DNA from: Bacteriovoracaceae bacterium
Lineage (GTDB): Bacteria > Bdellovibrionota > Bacteriovoracia > Bacteriovoracales > Bacteriovoracaceae
DNA: 64,000 nt
Assembly (NCBI GenBank): GCA_048270185.1
Contig: JBLWTJ010000002.1
Span: forward strand, 64,001-128,000
Reading direction: 5' to 3'
Part shown: in pieces, positions 1 through 9,251 of the stretch
Layout of the letters: the number at the start of each line of letters is the position of its first letter
How positions within the stretch are numbered: the first letter of the stretch is position 1
Translations under genes and position numbers: made by a program
Notes under the pieces: model-generated
What the model was told of the DNA's origin: nothing
The model's database searches: none
Seen by the model: only the letters and a program-made list of their open reading frames with translations

Positions 1-64
1 AACTTATTAACAATACCCAATAGAGCAATGAGTGCTATTAAGTACTTTGCATATTAAATAAAAA

Positions 65-388
65 TTAAGAAAAGAGTGGTGGCCTAAAGACCAAGTCAGG
101 AAAAGGTGGATGGTAGTGAATATTGTAATTACAGTCTACTTTTGAAGAGATTGGAGAGCCGACACAAGAAACTTCGTCACTGGTCGCGATATAGAATGAA
201 GAAATACAGGCGCTATGTTTCTCGCAGCAATTCTCTTCATCATTACAATCACTATGCTCTTTATGCTGATCATCCGCACAGTGAACCTTTTCGGCCTGTA
301 CAGTATTAAATGCAATTTCTTTAACTTCAACTGCTGAAGCAGTTAAGATTGAAAAAATTGAAAATATGTAGATGATTCTTAACAACAT
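65..388 (-). CDS. Cys/His-rich small exported protein ending in an RPP motif (DUF2946-like leader candidate)
   Basis: N-terminal hydrophobic segment, HCADDQHKEHSDC..CCEKHSAC, C-terminal LVFRPPLFS. Start chosen at MLLRII. Confidence 0.55.
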   Translation of the reverse strand: MLLRIIYIFSIFSILTASAVEVKEIAFNTVQAEKVHCADDQHKEHSDCNDEENCCEKHSACISSFYIATSDEVSCVGSPISSKVDCNYNIHYHPPFPDLVFRPPLFS

Positions 389-466
389 TAATCTAATATT
401 ACCCAGAAACACGGTGAAAGACAATAGAAGCAATAAATGTGAGAGTTAGGATTTAAACTACTGAAA

Positions 467-1375
467 TTAAAAGAAGCTTAAATATCTCTCTCTGATATAA
501 TTTCTTAACCACTGATGAGAAGAAGAGTTTTCGCGACTCTTATGCCAAACCATTTGATGCCTGAAGGGACTTACCTCAAATGGAACTTCAAAAGTCCTTA
601 GATCGTAGTACTTAGAGACTCTCTTACCAAAAGCTTCTGGAACAATAGTGAGAAGATCTCTATTTTCGATAAGCATTGGAATCGAATTAAGATATGAAGT
701 TCTCATGATTATTCTTCGACTCTCTCCAATACTTTGTAGGTAATTATCAATATCACTGCCAGGCTTCTCTGTTGGGGTATAAAGAACATGATCAGCTTTC
801 AAGTATTGCTTAAGTGTTATCTTCTTGCGGTATTGCTTACTGGCCTTATTGGCAAGAATACAAAAATTATGAATACCAAGTGTTTCAATGCTGAAGTTAC
901 TTATTTCATCGAGATTTCCGGCAAAGCTTAAGTCGATATCACCTCTTGTCATACGTTCTAAGAAGTCTTCTAAAACAATCCCCTTCATGGTGATGCTAAT
1001 ATTTGGAGCATCGTCCGTTAGAGAATTTAAAAGTTTCGGAACCCACATATAGGAATCAAATGCGGTACCAGAGACTTTAAAGTCCTTATTAGAGTTCGCA
1101 GCTGACCACCCACTTGACTCAAAAAGTCTACTCTCAAGATCACTTAAGTGGCCTTCCACAAATGAACCAAGCTCCATCGCCTTATCCGTTGGGATAAAAC
1201 TTCGGCCAGAGCGAATGAATAACTCATCATTAAGACTATCTCTTAAACGACTTAAAGCGTGGCTTACGGCCGGTTGAGAAAGGCCCAAATTAGTCGCAGT
1301 TTGACTTACATTTAAGGTATTAAATAAATCCTTAAAGATAACGAGTAGGTTTAAATCGAAATTCCTTATATTCAT
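467..1375 (-). CDS. LysR-family transcriptional regulator
   Basis: MNIRNFDLNLL..SQPAVSHALSRLR HTH; divergent from an oxidoreductase gene. Confidence 0.95.
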   Translation of the reverse strand: MNIRNFDLNLLVIFKDLFNTLNVSQTATNLGLSQPAVSHALSRLRDSLNDELFIRSGRSFIPTDKAMELGSFVEGHLSDLESRLFESSGWSAANSNKDFKVSGTAFDSYMWVPKLLNSLTDDAPNISITMKGIVLEDFLERMTRGDIDLSFAGNLDEISNFSIETLGIHNFCILANKASKQYRKKITLKQYLKADHVLYTPTEKPGSDIDNYLQSIGESRRIIMRTSYLNSIPMLIENRDLLTIVPEAFGKRVSKYYDLRTFEVPFEVSPFRHQMVWHKSRENSSSHQWLRNYIRERYLSFF

Positions 1376-1466
1376 ATAACTAATACCTAAAATTAACAAT
1401 ATTCATTTAATTTATATAGCGAGAGAGAGTAAAATGCAATTCAAACGGGCATAAATGGAGAAAGTT

Positions 1467-2024
1467 ATGAAAGTATTAATTATAAATGCACACCCTGATC
1501 TTGAGAGTTTCACTTCAAAAATTGCACATAAGATTCATGAGACAAGTCTTACTCGAGGACAAGAGGCCCATCTATTAAATATTGCATCTCTAAAATTTGA
1601 TCCAAATTTTAAAGGCTTCTCTGATCGCCAAAAAATAGATTCCCTGGAACCAGATCTCGTGAATGCGCAAAAGCTAATAAAAGACAGTGATCATATTATC
1701 ATCACAACACCAATATGGTGGTCAACCTACCCTGCTATTCTAAAGGGCTTCTTTGATCGCACACTTCTACCGGGCTTTGCCTTCAAGTATCAAAAAGGCA
1801 AGATGTTACAAGAAAAGCTCCTAACGGGAAAAACTGCTAAGCTCATTCTCTTAAGTGATGCTCCGGTATGGTATCGACGCTTTATTCAACGAGATCCCGC
1901 GGCGCAAATTTTAAAAAGAGATATCCTTGGTTTTTGTGGCATCAAAGTCAATCGAATACAGCGCATCGGAAAAGTCGGAAAACTAGGTGCAGACGAGAGA
2001 GAAAAGATTATTGCAAGTTATTAA
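1467..2024 (+). CDS. NAD(P)H-dependent oxidoreductase, flavodoxin-2 (quinone reductase) family
   Basis: IINAHPD..SF, PIWWSTYPAILKGFFDR motifs; GGAG SD before ATG 1467. Confidence 0.92.
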   Translation: MKVLIINAHPDLESFTSKIAHKIHETSLTRGQEAHLLNIASLKFDPNFKGFSDRQKIDSLEPDLVNAQKLIKDSDHIIITTPIWWSTYPAILKGFFDRTLLPGFAFKYQKGKMLQEKLLTGKTAKLILLSDAPVWYRRFIQRDPAAQILKRDILGFCGIKVNRIQRIGKVGKLGADEREKIIASY

Positions 2025-2124
2025 AAATTAATTCGAATAAACCTTAGGAGATGCTTCGCGTATTAAGCTTAGGCCTTGGCCAGTGTATGATGGTAATTCA
2101 ATCACAAATAAATGGAGGTATTCA

Positions 2125-2358
2125 TTGAGTGACAAACCAGAAATTACACCTAATATTCCGGAGCATCCAACACCTTCGCCCAAACCAGAGACTCCAAAGC
2201 CTCATAAAACACCTGAGACTCCAGAGATACCGCGCGAGGTTCCAGAACCACCGGATACGCCTAATAACCCTCCGGTTGAAGTTCCACCTGATGTTCCAGA
2301 AAGGCCACCAGTGAAGGACCCGGAAAAACCATTTGATCCGCCAAAGGCAGGGCCTTAG
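2125..2358 (+). CDS. Proline-rich 77-aa hypothetical protein
   Basis: GGAGGT SD then TTG at 2125; P/E/T/D-rich low-complexity sequence. Confidence 0.6.
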   Translation: MSDKPEITPNIPEHPTPSPKPETPKPHKTPETPEIPREVPEPPDTPNNPPVEVPPDVPERPPVKDPEKPFDPPKAGP

Positions 2359-2377
2359 AAAGGCCCTACTAATTCAG

Positions 2378-2725
2378 TTACTTTCCAGTAAAATTTGCGG
2401 CAACAAATTCACCTGAAAGTTTTAAGAAAATATAAAGCTTTTTACCTTTAACACCTTTTTCATTATCAAATGTAACAACCCATTCAGTCTTCTTACCAAA
2501 AGTCTTTTTCACTGACTGATTGTATGTAGAGTTTTTCCAAGAGGCATCAATCTTGCCGGCCTTAATAAGTCTAATGATATGACCTTGGCCGATTTCAACC
2601 GTTTTCTCTTTAGAAACTGCCGGGACTCCATGAGAGTGACTATGACCATGGGAATGGCCATGTCCAGGACCAGCAAAGTTTGAAAAAGAAAAAAGTAAAG
2701 TTCCAATTAAAAATAAGTTTCTCAT
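2378..2725 (-). CDS. His-rich exported metal-binding protein (DUF6488-like)
   Basis: Signal peptide, GPGHGHSHGHSHSHG, EWVVTFDN..LYIFL..SGEFVAANFTG. Confidence 0.75.
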   Translation of the reverse strand: MRNLFLIGTLLFSFSNFAGPGHGHSHGHSHSHGVPAVSKEKTVEIGQGHIIRLIKAGKIDASWKNSTYNQSVKKTFGKKTEWVVTFDNEKGVKGKKLYIFLKLSGEFVAANFTGK

Positions 2726-2735
2726 ATGTATTCCC

Positions 2736-3512
2736 CTATAAATTATCGTGTTTGATTTCATCAGTTTGTGATTCATTCATTTTCATATGATGGTGAAGAT
2801 GATTGTCCTCACTAAATCCAAACTCATCACTGCCAGTAGAGTGAAGGTAGCCATGTAATTGCATCAAAAGAAGCATAAACCCAGCTAACATAATCCCATC
2901 ATTAAAAACTCTTGAAAGTCTTGCAAATAAATGAAGCTTTCTCATTTGAGTAATAATTAAAAGCATTATAACTAGTCCTACGATTTGACCTAATTCAACA
3001 CCAATATTAAATGAGATAATTCTCACTAGCATTTCAAAACCTTTATCACCTAATGGCAGCTGTTGAAGACGAGTTGAAAGTCCAAAGCCGTGAATTAGGC
3101 CAAAGATAAAGACCATCCAAAGTAAGTTTGGTGATTTCTTTAATCCAAAATACTCTTGAAATCCTTTATTATTATCGAAACCCTTATAGATAACAGATAT
3201 GGCAATAACAGCATCAATGAGCCAGTAGTTGGCCGCAATTCCCATAAACGTTGCAAAGATAAGTGTAATACTATGGCCTAAAGTAAAGATACTTATAAAC
3301 TTAACGATATCTTTAAAAGTCTTTAAAAAGAATATGACACCAAAAAGAAAAAGTAAGTGATCATATCCTGTAATCATGTGCTCAGCACCAAGGATGATAT
3401 ATTTTAAATAACCACCTTCAATCATTGCACGTCTTGCTTCTTCACTTATTCCATGAGCAAATGAGTTTGCAGCATAGAAAGAAGTAAGAATACTTAATAA
3501 AATTTTAAACAT
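2736..3512 (-). CDS. HupE/UreJ-family Ni/Co transporter-like membrane protein
   Basis: GAEHMITGYDHLLFL, FTLGHSITL, FGLIHGFG, FNIGVELGQ motifs; GGAG SD before ATG 3512. Confidence 0.9.
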   Translation of the reverse strand: MFKILLSILTSFYAANSFAHGISEEARRAMIEGGYLKYIILGAEHMITGYDHLLFLFGVIFFLKTFKDIVKFISIFTLGHSITLIFATFMGIAANYWLIDAVIAISVIYKGFDNNKGFQEYFGLKKSPNLLWMVFIFGLIHGFGLSTRLQQLPLGDKGFEMLVRIISFNIGVELGQIVGLVIMLLIITQMRKLHLFARLSRVFNDGIMLAGFMLLLMQLHGYLHSTGSDEFGFSEDNHLHHHMKMNESQTDEIKHDNL

Positions 3513-3549
3513 AATTTCTCCAATTTTTAGTTTTAATGATTTTAAAAAA

Positions 3550-3930
3550 CTAAGAATGCATTGGAGGACGATAGATTTTACTTGGGTGAGGATTTGATAG
3601 TAATACTTTTTCAAGAAAGCCTAACTTAAGTTCTACAACAGTAACTTTTCCAAAGACTTTTACCGTGCGACTCAAGAGCTTAACTTCTGATTGCGTAACC
3701 TTTGAGTGATCATGATTGTGCTCATGTTCTTCACCATCCTCACTATGCTTATGCTTGTGAGTATGGGGACGCTCATCAATATTATCATGATGACTATTAT
3801 TATAATTTAAAAATTCTACGAGATGAGAGTTGAGCTCATTTTCACTATCAATGAGACTAGGCCCCGTCATAACTACGATGATAGCTAATGAAGAAACAAG
3901 AATAGCTTTAAAGAAAGCGTCTAGGGCCAT
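3550..3930 (-). CDS. His-rich membrane-anchored protein ending in an RPP motif
   Basis: N-terminal TM, HTHKHKHSEDGEEHEHNHDH, C-terminal KIYRPPMHS. Confidence 0.7.
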   Translation of the reverse strand: MALDAFFKAILVSSLAIIVVMTGPSLIDSENELNSHLVEFLNYNNSHHDNIDERPHTHKHKHSEDGEEHEHNHDHSKVTQSEVKLLSRTVKVFGKVTVVELKLGFLEKVLLSNPHPSKIYRPPMHS

Positions 3931-3997
3931 AATCTAATTATATTTATATTTCACTATATGTAAGTAAAAAAAGACACAGATCTTTTAATAACACTTA

Positions 3998-4393
3998 CTA
4001 TTTTTGGATTTCACCGCAAGTAAGCATTTTCTTTCCATAATATGGATTACTAATAGAAGAACCTTTCTGTATCCATCGAGCATTTGCCATCGGACATTTA
4101 ACGATTTTAAGATCGCTATTTTCAAGTGATTTTCCATTCTTAATATAGATTTCAGAAAGAAGCTTAAACGAATTTCTTAAAGCACTAATACTACTTAAGT
4201 TCTTGTCACAATCATCGTATTTATAATCTTTAGCATAGTGTCCAAGCTCTTTTTTACACATTGTTTTCCAAGACTTAAGTCCCTGACTTAGATCTTCCTC
4301 TACTAGTGACTTTTGAAGGCTTAAGTAATTCTGATATTCTAACTCATGGCAAAAAACGTTGAAAGATAATACCAAAGCTATAAGTAATTTCAT
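3998..4393 (-). CDS. DUF3347-like exported heavy-metal-binding protein
   Basis: Signal peptide; CPMA..W..ISNPYYGKKMLTCG. Confidence 0.85.
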   Translation of the reverse strand: MKLLIALVLSFNVFCHELEYQNYLSLQKSLVEEDLSQGLKSWKTMCKKELGHYAKDYKYDDCDKNLSSISALRNSFKLLSEIYIKNGKSLENSDLKIVKCPMANARWIQKGSSISNPYYGKKMLTCGEIQK

Positions 4394-4425
4394 GACTTTC
4401 TCCTATGAAAAGTATGATAATCATC

Positions 4426-4442
4426 ATACCCCCCTAGGGTAT
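4426..4442. promoter_or_regulatory. CsoR/RcnR/FrmR-family operator overlapping the promoter of the metal operon
   Basis: ATACCC-CCCTA-GGGTAT palindrome with a C-tract, adjoining a minus-strand TATGAT -10 (4423-4428). Confidence 0.75.
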
Positions 4443-4510
4443 ATCGTAAAAAACATAAAATCAAATTAATTAAAGGTTCCTGGATACTTTTCGGGATGCG
4501 CAACAGCATC

Positions 4511-4984
4511 CTAATTCTCTGAAGCAATCTCACGATTAGACTTACACCAGTCAATCTTCTTCTTGGTGCCACCATCATAAGCATAGGCCAGCCCATTCTT
4601 AAGAAGATAGTATGATAGAGACTTACCATCAATCTTTACATCGGCCACCACACGGAAATACTTCCCGCGAGACACATTCTCAAGATCGATTCTCTTGGCA
4701 TGCTTTAAGAGATTGGCAACGATCTTCTTGGCATCTCTGCCCTTACTTTTCTCACACTTATTCTTCGTTCGTATCTCAGGCGTATCCACTCCACTCACTC
4801 GCACATTAATTCGACTCCCAATGAGTGGATGTACATTTGGAATATCAAATGTCACGGTATCGGCGTCGTAGTTCTTCACATATTTAACACAGCGGAAGTT
4901 ACTGGCGTCGTGGGTGCAGTCTGAGGTCGCTAGTGTTGTTAGCTGGAGGAATGAAAATAAAAATATACAAATTATAAATCTCAT
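4511..4984 (-). CDS. Exported thermonuclease (SNase family)
   Basis: YDADT, VRVSGVDTPE, GKYFRVVA, GLAYAYDGG. Confidence 0.92.
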   Translation of the reverse strand: MRFIICIFLFSFLQLTTLATSDCTHDASNFRCVKYVKNYDADTVTFDIPNVHPLIGSRINVRVSGVDTPEIRTKNKCEKSKGRDAKKIVANLLKHAKRIDLENVSRGKYFRVVADVKIDGKSLSYYLLKNGLAYAYDGGTKKKIDWCKSNREIASEN

Positions 4985-5028
4985 ACGTCACCTATCGGAT
5001 AATTATCAAAATAAATTAGTTACAAAGC

Positions 5029-5319
5029 TTACTCTCCTACCTCCTCAAAACCACTAACATGCCTCTCCTTCAAAAATGTAACGATCACAAATGAATCTGG
5101 ATCACATAGGGCAAAGAACTCAATTTCTTTAAAGGTTCCATGATAACAGCTTAGAATGGATTTCTCCTCAAATCGATTAAAACGCCCGAGGTATTGAACG
5201 TCATCAAGTTGATACTTAAGCATCATTTGCATATGTCTTAGCTCTTCGACAGATATCTCATGACCATATCGAGAGAAGAATCTTGCTTGTGCATGCTTTG
5301 TTGTTATTTCGCTAGACAT
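5029..5319 (-). CDS. Small hypothetical protein, possible RelE/BECR-like fold
   Basis: ITTKHAQARFFSRYG at the N-terminus and VIVTFL near the C-terminus. Confidence 0.5.
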   Translation of the reverse strand: MSSEITTKHAQARFFSRYGHEISVEELRHMQMMLKYQLDDVQYLGRFNRFEEKSILSCYHGTFKEIEFFALCDPDSFVIVTFLKERHVSGFEEVGE

Positions 5320-5592
5320 GTATTAACCCTCACTTTGAAATATAATAAAAAAATGCAACCCCAGCTAATTCCACAATATCGCTTATCACCCACCTTAGAA
5401 GATAAGAATTCATCTTCTGGCCAAAAGGAAGTTTCAATTCGGCCCACTGATAGAATCTAAAATGCTTAGCAAATTTTTGAATTAGTGTTGTGTAGCCAAA
5501 TAGAACAATCGCAATACCTGCAAATTCCTCTCCTCCATTAATAAGAATGATAAAGTACAAAAGGATTACAATATTCTTTCTTATAATGCCTC

Positions 5593-5952
5593 CTAGGCCA
5601 ATACATCATAAATAATTAACATCTGCTGCGTTGATAAAACCATCCCTACAAAAGGTAATAGGAATACTATAGGTGAAATTTTCATATTACTTATGAGATA
5701 AGTTATAAATGCAATTGATACTCCATAGAGAAAAGAAAGTAGTGAGACAGCAATAGCAGGCCCCATGGCCTTTGGATCAGAAATATTCTGCAGTAGTAAA
5801 ATATAACCAATAATAGGGCCTAAGAAAGAAGCAAAGAGCGCTGAATTAATAATATAATCTTTGCGGACTTCTTTTTTTACAATAAGAGTCAATGCAATTA
5901 GCCCTAGAACAATTAATAATGAATACCAATCAACAAATATCATAAGATTCAT
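5593..5952 (-). CDS. Truncated MotA/TolQ/ExbB-like membrane protein
   Basis: GPIIGYILLLQNISDPKAMGPAIAVSLLSFLYG matches the MotA TM3-TM4 pattern; only 119 aa. Confidence 0.7.
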   Translation of the reverse strand: MNLMIFVDWYSLLIVLGLIALTLIVKKEVRKDYIINSALFASFLGPIIGYILLLQNISDPKAMGPAIAVSLLSFLYGVSIAFITYLISNMKISPIVFLLPFVGMVLSTQQMLIIYDVLA

Positions 5953-5961
5953 AAGTCTCCC

Positions 5962-7515
5962 CTAGAACTCAAAACCAATTCCGATTTTGACTTCTTCTTC
6001 ATTAAAATTTCTGAACTCGTTTCTTTTAATATAGAGATTCAAGTAAGCATTCTTATCTCGATTACCATATTGAAACATGGTCATTCCCATATTGAAGTTA
6101 TAAGACTGGGCACTTCTTTGGGTTGCCGAGATTTCACTGTCATATCGATTATCATTGTAATAATGTGTCTTTTGCTCTTTTAAGAAACCATATCCTAAGT
6201 TAGCGTAGCCCTTTGCACTCTTATAAATAACGAGATTCACCCCAGACTCAGTGCGTGTAGTATCCTCAACCGTGTCGTCATCATTCTCGATTGAGTTGTA
6301 CTCAATTTCACTATAGACCCAAAGGTATGAGAAAAGCTTATAGTCGAGGCGTATTGGAAGTTGAGCAAACTCTCCCTTTCCTTCTCTGACAACAGCGGGA
6401 TTATAATTGATAATCCAATTTCCTTCGATATAAGGAGGAGTTTTAGATAGAGAGATTGTCTCCTCTGGCATGAAACGATTTGGCGTAAATTTTAATTGCC
6501 CCTCATAGACAACATAATCTTGCTTTACTAATTTTAGTTTCGACTCCTTGTCATAGCGAATAAGGATTGGTGTTACTCCTTTGTATTCATCATCAAGATA
6601 AACAGAAGCGCCGATTGGATTAGAGCGAATCATTACACGACTCTCTCTAGGTCGCATTTTCAAGTTAAGATCAAGGACCTCACTCTCTCCTATAGAAACG
6701 GGATAGATCATCGAGTAATAATCGGGGTGAGAAAGTGTAATTTGATGCTCAACTGACGCCTTAAGGGTTAGTCGATCATCATTACTTTTCTTACCATTTA
6801 CCTTAACCTGAGCATTTCGAGGATAAGTGCTTAGCTTAATCTTTCCAGTCGCTTCTTTTAAAATAATATTTTGAGAGATCTTGCCTTGAATTAGGATATT
6901 TCGAGTAACTTGCTGATAACCTCTTTTGTTAATTACCAGTAAGTACTTTCCATGTTCAAGAGAGACACTACAATTTGTCGTTGCATAGCGCTTTGAGTTC
7001 TTCTCAAGATTGATGATCTCAACATTTGCATCTGCTGGAGCAGTTGTCAGAGTCAAGACACTCTTTAGGGCGCGGTCACCATAGAGATTAAGAAGCTCAT
7101 CTTTATTTTGGCGACGTCTCTTCTCTTTCTCAATAGAAACCTTTGAGTAGCGAACTTGGCGGTAAACAATATAAGCACCATCCTTTGTTTTAACCGTTTC
7201 TTTAAATGGCGCAAGCCCTTCAATATTAATATTCTTATTTCTAAGCACAGAGCTTTCTTGAATCTGAGTTTCATCAAGGTCAGATAGAATTGAACTTGAG
7301 TACTCGAGATTGACCCCGTAATTATGAATAACAGCTTCATTAAGGGCATTGTAGTAGGCCTCTCTGTAAGCTTCATTGAGCTTCTTCTTCCCTTCAGAAA
7401 TTCCGACATAGTATTGGTAATCCTTATCCTCACTATAGACCTTGGAAGTCCAATCACCACTGGCAAGCAGTGATGACTGGAGGATAAGAAAGGCGTTGAG
7501 CCATTTAAAGAACAT
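5962..7515 (-). CDS. Exported protein with LPP20-like domain, tandem PEGA domains and a probable C-terminal beta-barrel
   Basis: Signal peptide; TTAPADANV, STYPRNAQV and RSNPIGASVYLD..GVTP PEGA repeats; ends GIGFEF. Confidence 0.75.
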   Translation of the reverse strand: MFFKWLNAFLILQSSLLASGDWTSKVYSEDKDYQYYVGISEGKKKLNEAYREAYYNALNEAVIHNYGVNLEYSSSILSDLDETQIQESSVLRNKNINIEGLAPFKETVKTKDGAYIVYRQVRYSKVSIEKEKRRRQNKDELLNLYGDRALKSVLTLTTAPADANVEIINLEKNSKRYATTNCSVSLEHGKYLLVINKRGYQQVTRNILIQGKISQNIILKEATGKIKLSTYPRNAQVKVNGKKSNDDRLTLKASVEHQITLSHPDYYSMIYPVSIGESEVLDLNLKMRPRESRVMIRSNPIGASVYLDDEYKGVTPILIRYDKESKLKLVKQDYVVYEGQLKFTPNRFMPEETISLSKTPPYIEGNWIINYNPAVVREGKGEFAQLPIRLDYKLFSYLWVYSEIEYNSIENDDDTVEDTTRTESGVNLVIYKSAKGYANLGYGFLKEQKTHYYNDNRYDSEISATQRSAQSYNFNMGMTMFQYGNRDKNAYLNLYIKRNEFRNFNEEEVKIGIGFEF

Positions 7516-7518
7516 GGC

Positions 7519-8097
7519 CTACTCCTGGCCAAGTTTAGTAATCTGTCCTTGAAGGTGGTTATCAACAGCGGCCTTGAACTCTTTCGATAGTCCTTTTTCG
7601 TGATTTAAGGCGTACTTCATTGCTTTCTTAAGCTTTGATTCTTTTAACGAGATAAGGCTATAGATCTTTAGCACATACTTTGGTGCCCCATCTTCATCAA
7701 AAGTCTTAACTTTTTCCCAGTACCTTTCTTCTTGGTAAATTCCCGAGCTGATATGCTTTGAGAACTCGTTACCATAGAACCTTGCAAGCTCTCCGGAATT
7801 CTCAACACCTTCCTCAGCGTTTTGGAAGATGAAGCTCATCTCATTAACAATGGTACGAGAAATTTCGTGACGAGCATTATTGTCTGCCACTCTTGCCAAG
7901 GCAGTAACCTTCGCATTAATTGAGGCTTCGGCTACACCAACACTATAGACCTTGCCTTCCTTTTTAAACATCGGCTTTGTGATGTCGGCCCATGCTGGTT
8001 TGCTCTCATAATTAGAGCTGTGAGAGATAACTTTCTCAGTAAATGATGAACATGAATAAATGATGAATAAAGAAAGTAAAATAATGTAGTTCCTCAT
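7519..8097 (-). CDS. LPP20-like lipoprotein
   Basis: Lipobox IIYSC; KPAW..VYSVGVA..ADNNARHEIS..ERYWEKV. Confidence 0.75.
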   Translation of the reverse strand: MRNYIILLSLFIIYSCSSFTEKVISHSSNYESKPAWADITKPMFKKEGKVYSVGVAEASINAKVTALARVADNNARHEISRTIVNEMSFIFQNAEEGVENSGELARFYGNEFSKHISSGIYQEERYWEKVKTFDEDGAPKYVLKIYSLISLKESKLKKAMKYALNHEKGLSKEFKAAVDNHLQGQITKLGQE

Positions 8098-8116
8098 ATC
8101 GTCCTCCTATAGACTC

Positions 8117-8149
8117 ATCATAGAAGAAGCGAATCCAAGAATATGAGAC
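8117..8149 (-). promoter_or_regulatory. Conserved promoter motif copy 1 (GTCTCA-N6-TGGAT-N10-TATGAT)
   Basis: Same sequence and spacing as the copies at 10735-10767 and 15397-15429. Confidence 0.75.
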
Positions 8150-8243
8150 TCTGCACTCAAGACATATATTTATAAGACTTTGAAATTACTTATATATTTC
8201 ATATTTACTAAATAACCGACTCCAGTACTCCGATAAAATCCTT

Positions 8244-9251
8244 ATGAGTTCGACAGTGGAAAAATTCTTTAATGTCATTGAGGCCATCCTTTGTCATAGC
8301 AAGGGGCAAATCAGTGAAGAAGAGCTTAAGAGTGTTCTAGGTGATCCACCAAGATCGACTTGGTTTAAGCATAAGAAAGAACTCATTAATGAGAATTATG
8401 GGCTTCTTGATGAAGTTAAGTCACCAGAAGGTCTGTCCTATTTCTCCCTTAAACCATTTAATAACCAATTTAATTATTTAGAGAAGAGAGAGCTCTATAT
8501 CATGGAAGCCTATAAGCACTTAGGCTTCCTTCTTGATGCAAATTTTGATTCCATTAAGTTTCAAAGCTCTCAAGATGTCTCGACAAAAGATTTAAATGAG
8601 TTGTCACGTAAGTTCTTCTATCTTTCAAAGAATCACGCAAAGGATACTTCAAAAGAACAAAAAGAAATTTATGAAAATCTAACGACGTCACTTCTTCAGA
8701 ATAAAGAAGTCTTCATTCACTATCCTTCTGCAAATGATATCGATGGGACAAGACTTCGAAGGGTTCGCCCTCTCACGATTTGCTATCACCTTGATGACCT
8801 CTATCTGCTCGCTAATGAAGAGAAAATCGTCGATGGAAAAGCGAGTTGGGTTGATCGAAATTTTAAGATGAGTCGAATCAAGTCTCTGACTCTTTCTAAT
8901 AATAGTTTTAATTATCCAAGTGCTACTAAGTGGAATCCAAAGAAGGAGTATGAAAATACTAGTGGACTCTATAAGGGTGAAGTCAGGGTGGCCACAGCAA
9001 ATATCTATGGGGTCCTGAGAAAGCTCTTAAAAGAGAAGAATATCATCAACTCATCTCTCATTAGTGAGCATGATGACTTTGATACATATGAATTTAAATA
9101 CACAGATGAAGTCGAGTTTCTTGGAAAGTTTTTAACCTGGGCCGATTCATTTGAAATTCTATCCCCCTTAACTCTAAAGGATCACTTCATCCAAAAGCTA
9201 GAAGCTGCAATAACTTTAAATAGCTCTAAGAAGCTAAAGAAAGCTGCTTAA
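8244..9251 (+). CDS. WYL-domain transcriptional regulator (wHTH-WYL-WCX)
   Basis: RRVRPLTI..LYLLA..RNFKMSRIKSL; C-terminal FEILSPLTLKD. Confidence 0.9.
   Translation: MSSTVEKFFNVIEAILCHSKGQISEEELKSVLGDPPRSTWFKHKKELINENYGLLDEVKSPEGLSYFSLKPFNNQFNYLEKRELYIMEAYKHLGFLLDANFDSIKFQSSQDVSTKDLNELSRKFFYLSKNHAKDTSKEQKEIYENLTTSLLQNKEVFIHYPSANDIDGTRLRRVRPLTICYHLDDLYLLANEEKIVDGKASWVDRNFKMSRIKSLTLSNNSFNYPSATKWNPKKEYENTSGLYKGEVRVATANIYGVLRKLLKEKNIINSSLISEHDDFDTYEFKYTDEVEFLGKFLTWADSFEILSPLTLKDHFIQKLEAAITLNSSKKLKKAA

Noticed and set aside
5330..5560. 76-aa minus-strand ORF
   Set aside because: TTG start without a well-spaced SD, no recognisable motif, and it overlaps the likely promoter of the next gene.
5593..5952. 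Zorya system
   Set aside because: No ZorB/MotB-OmpA partner, no long ZorA tail and no ZorC/D/E.
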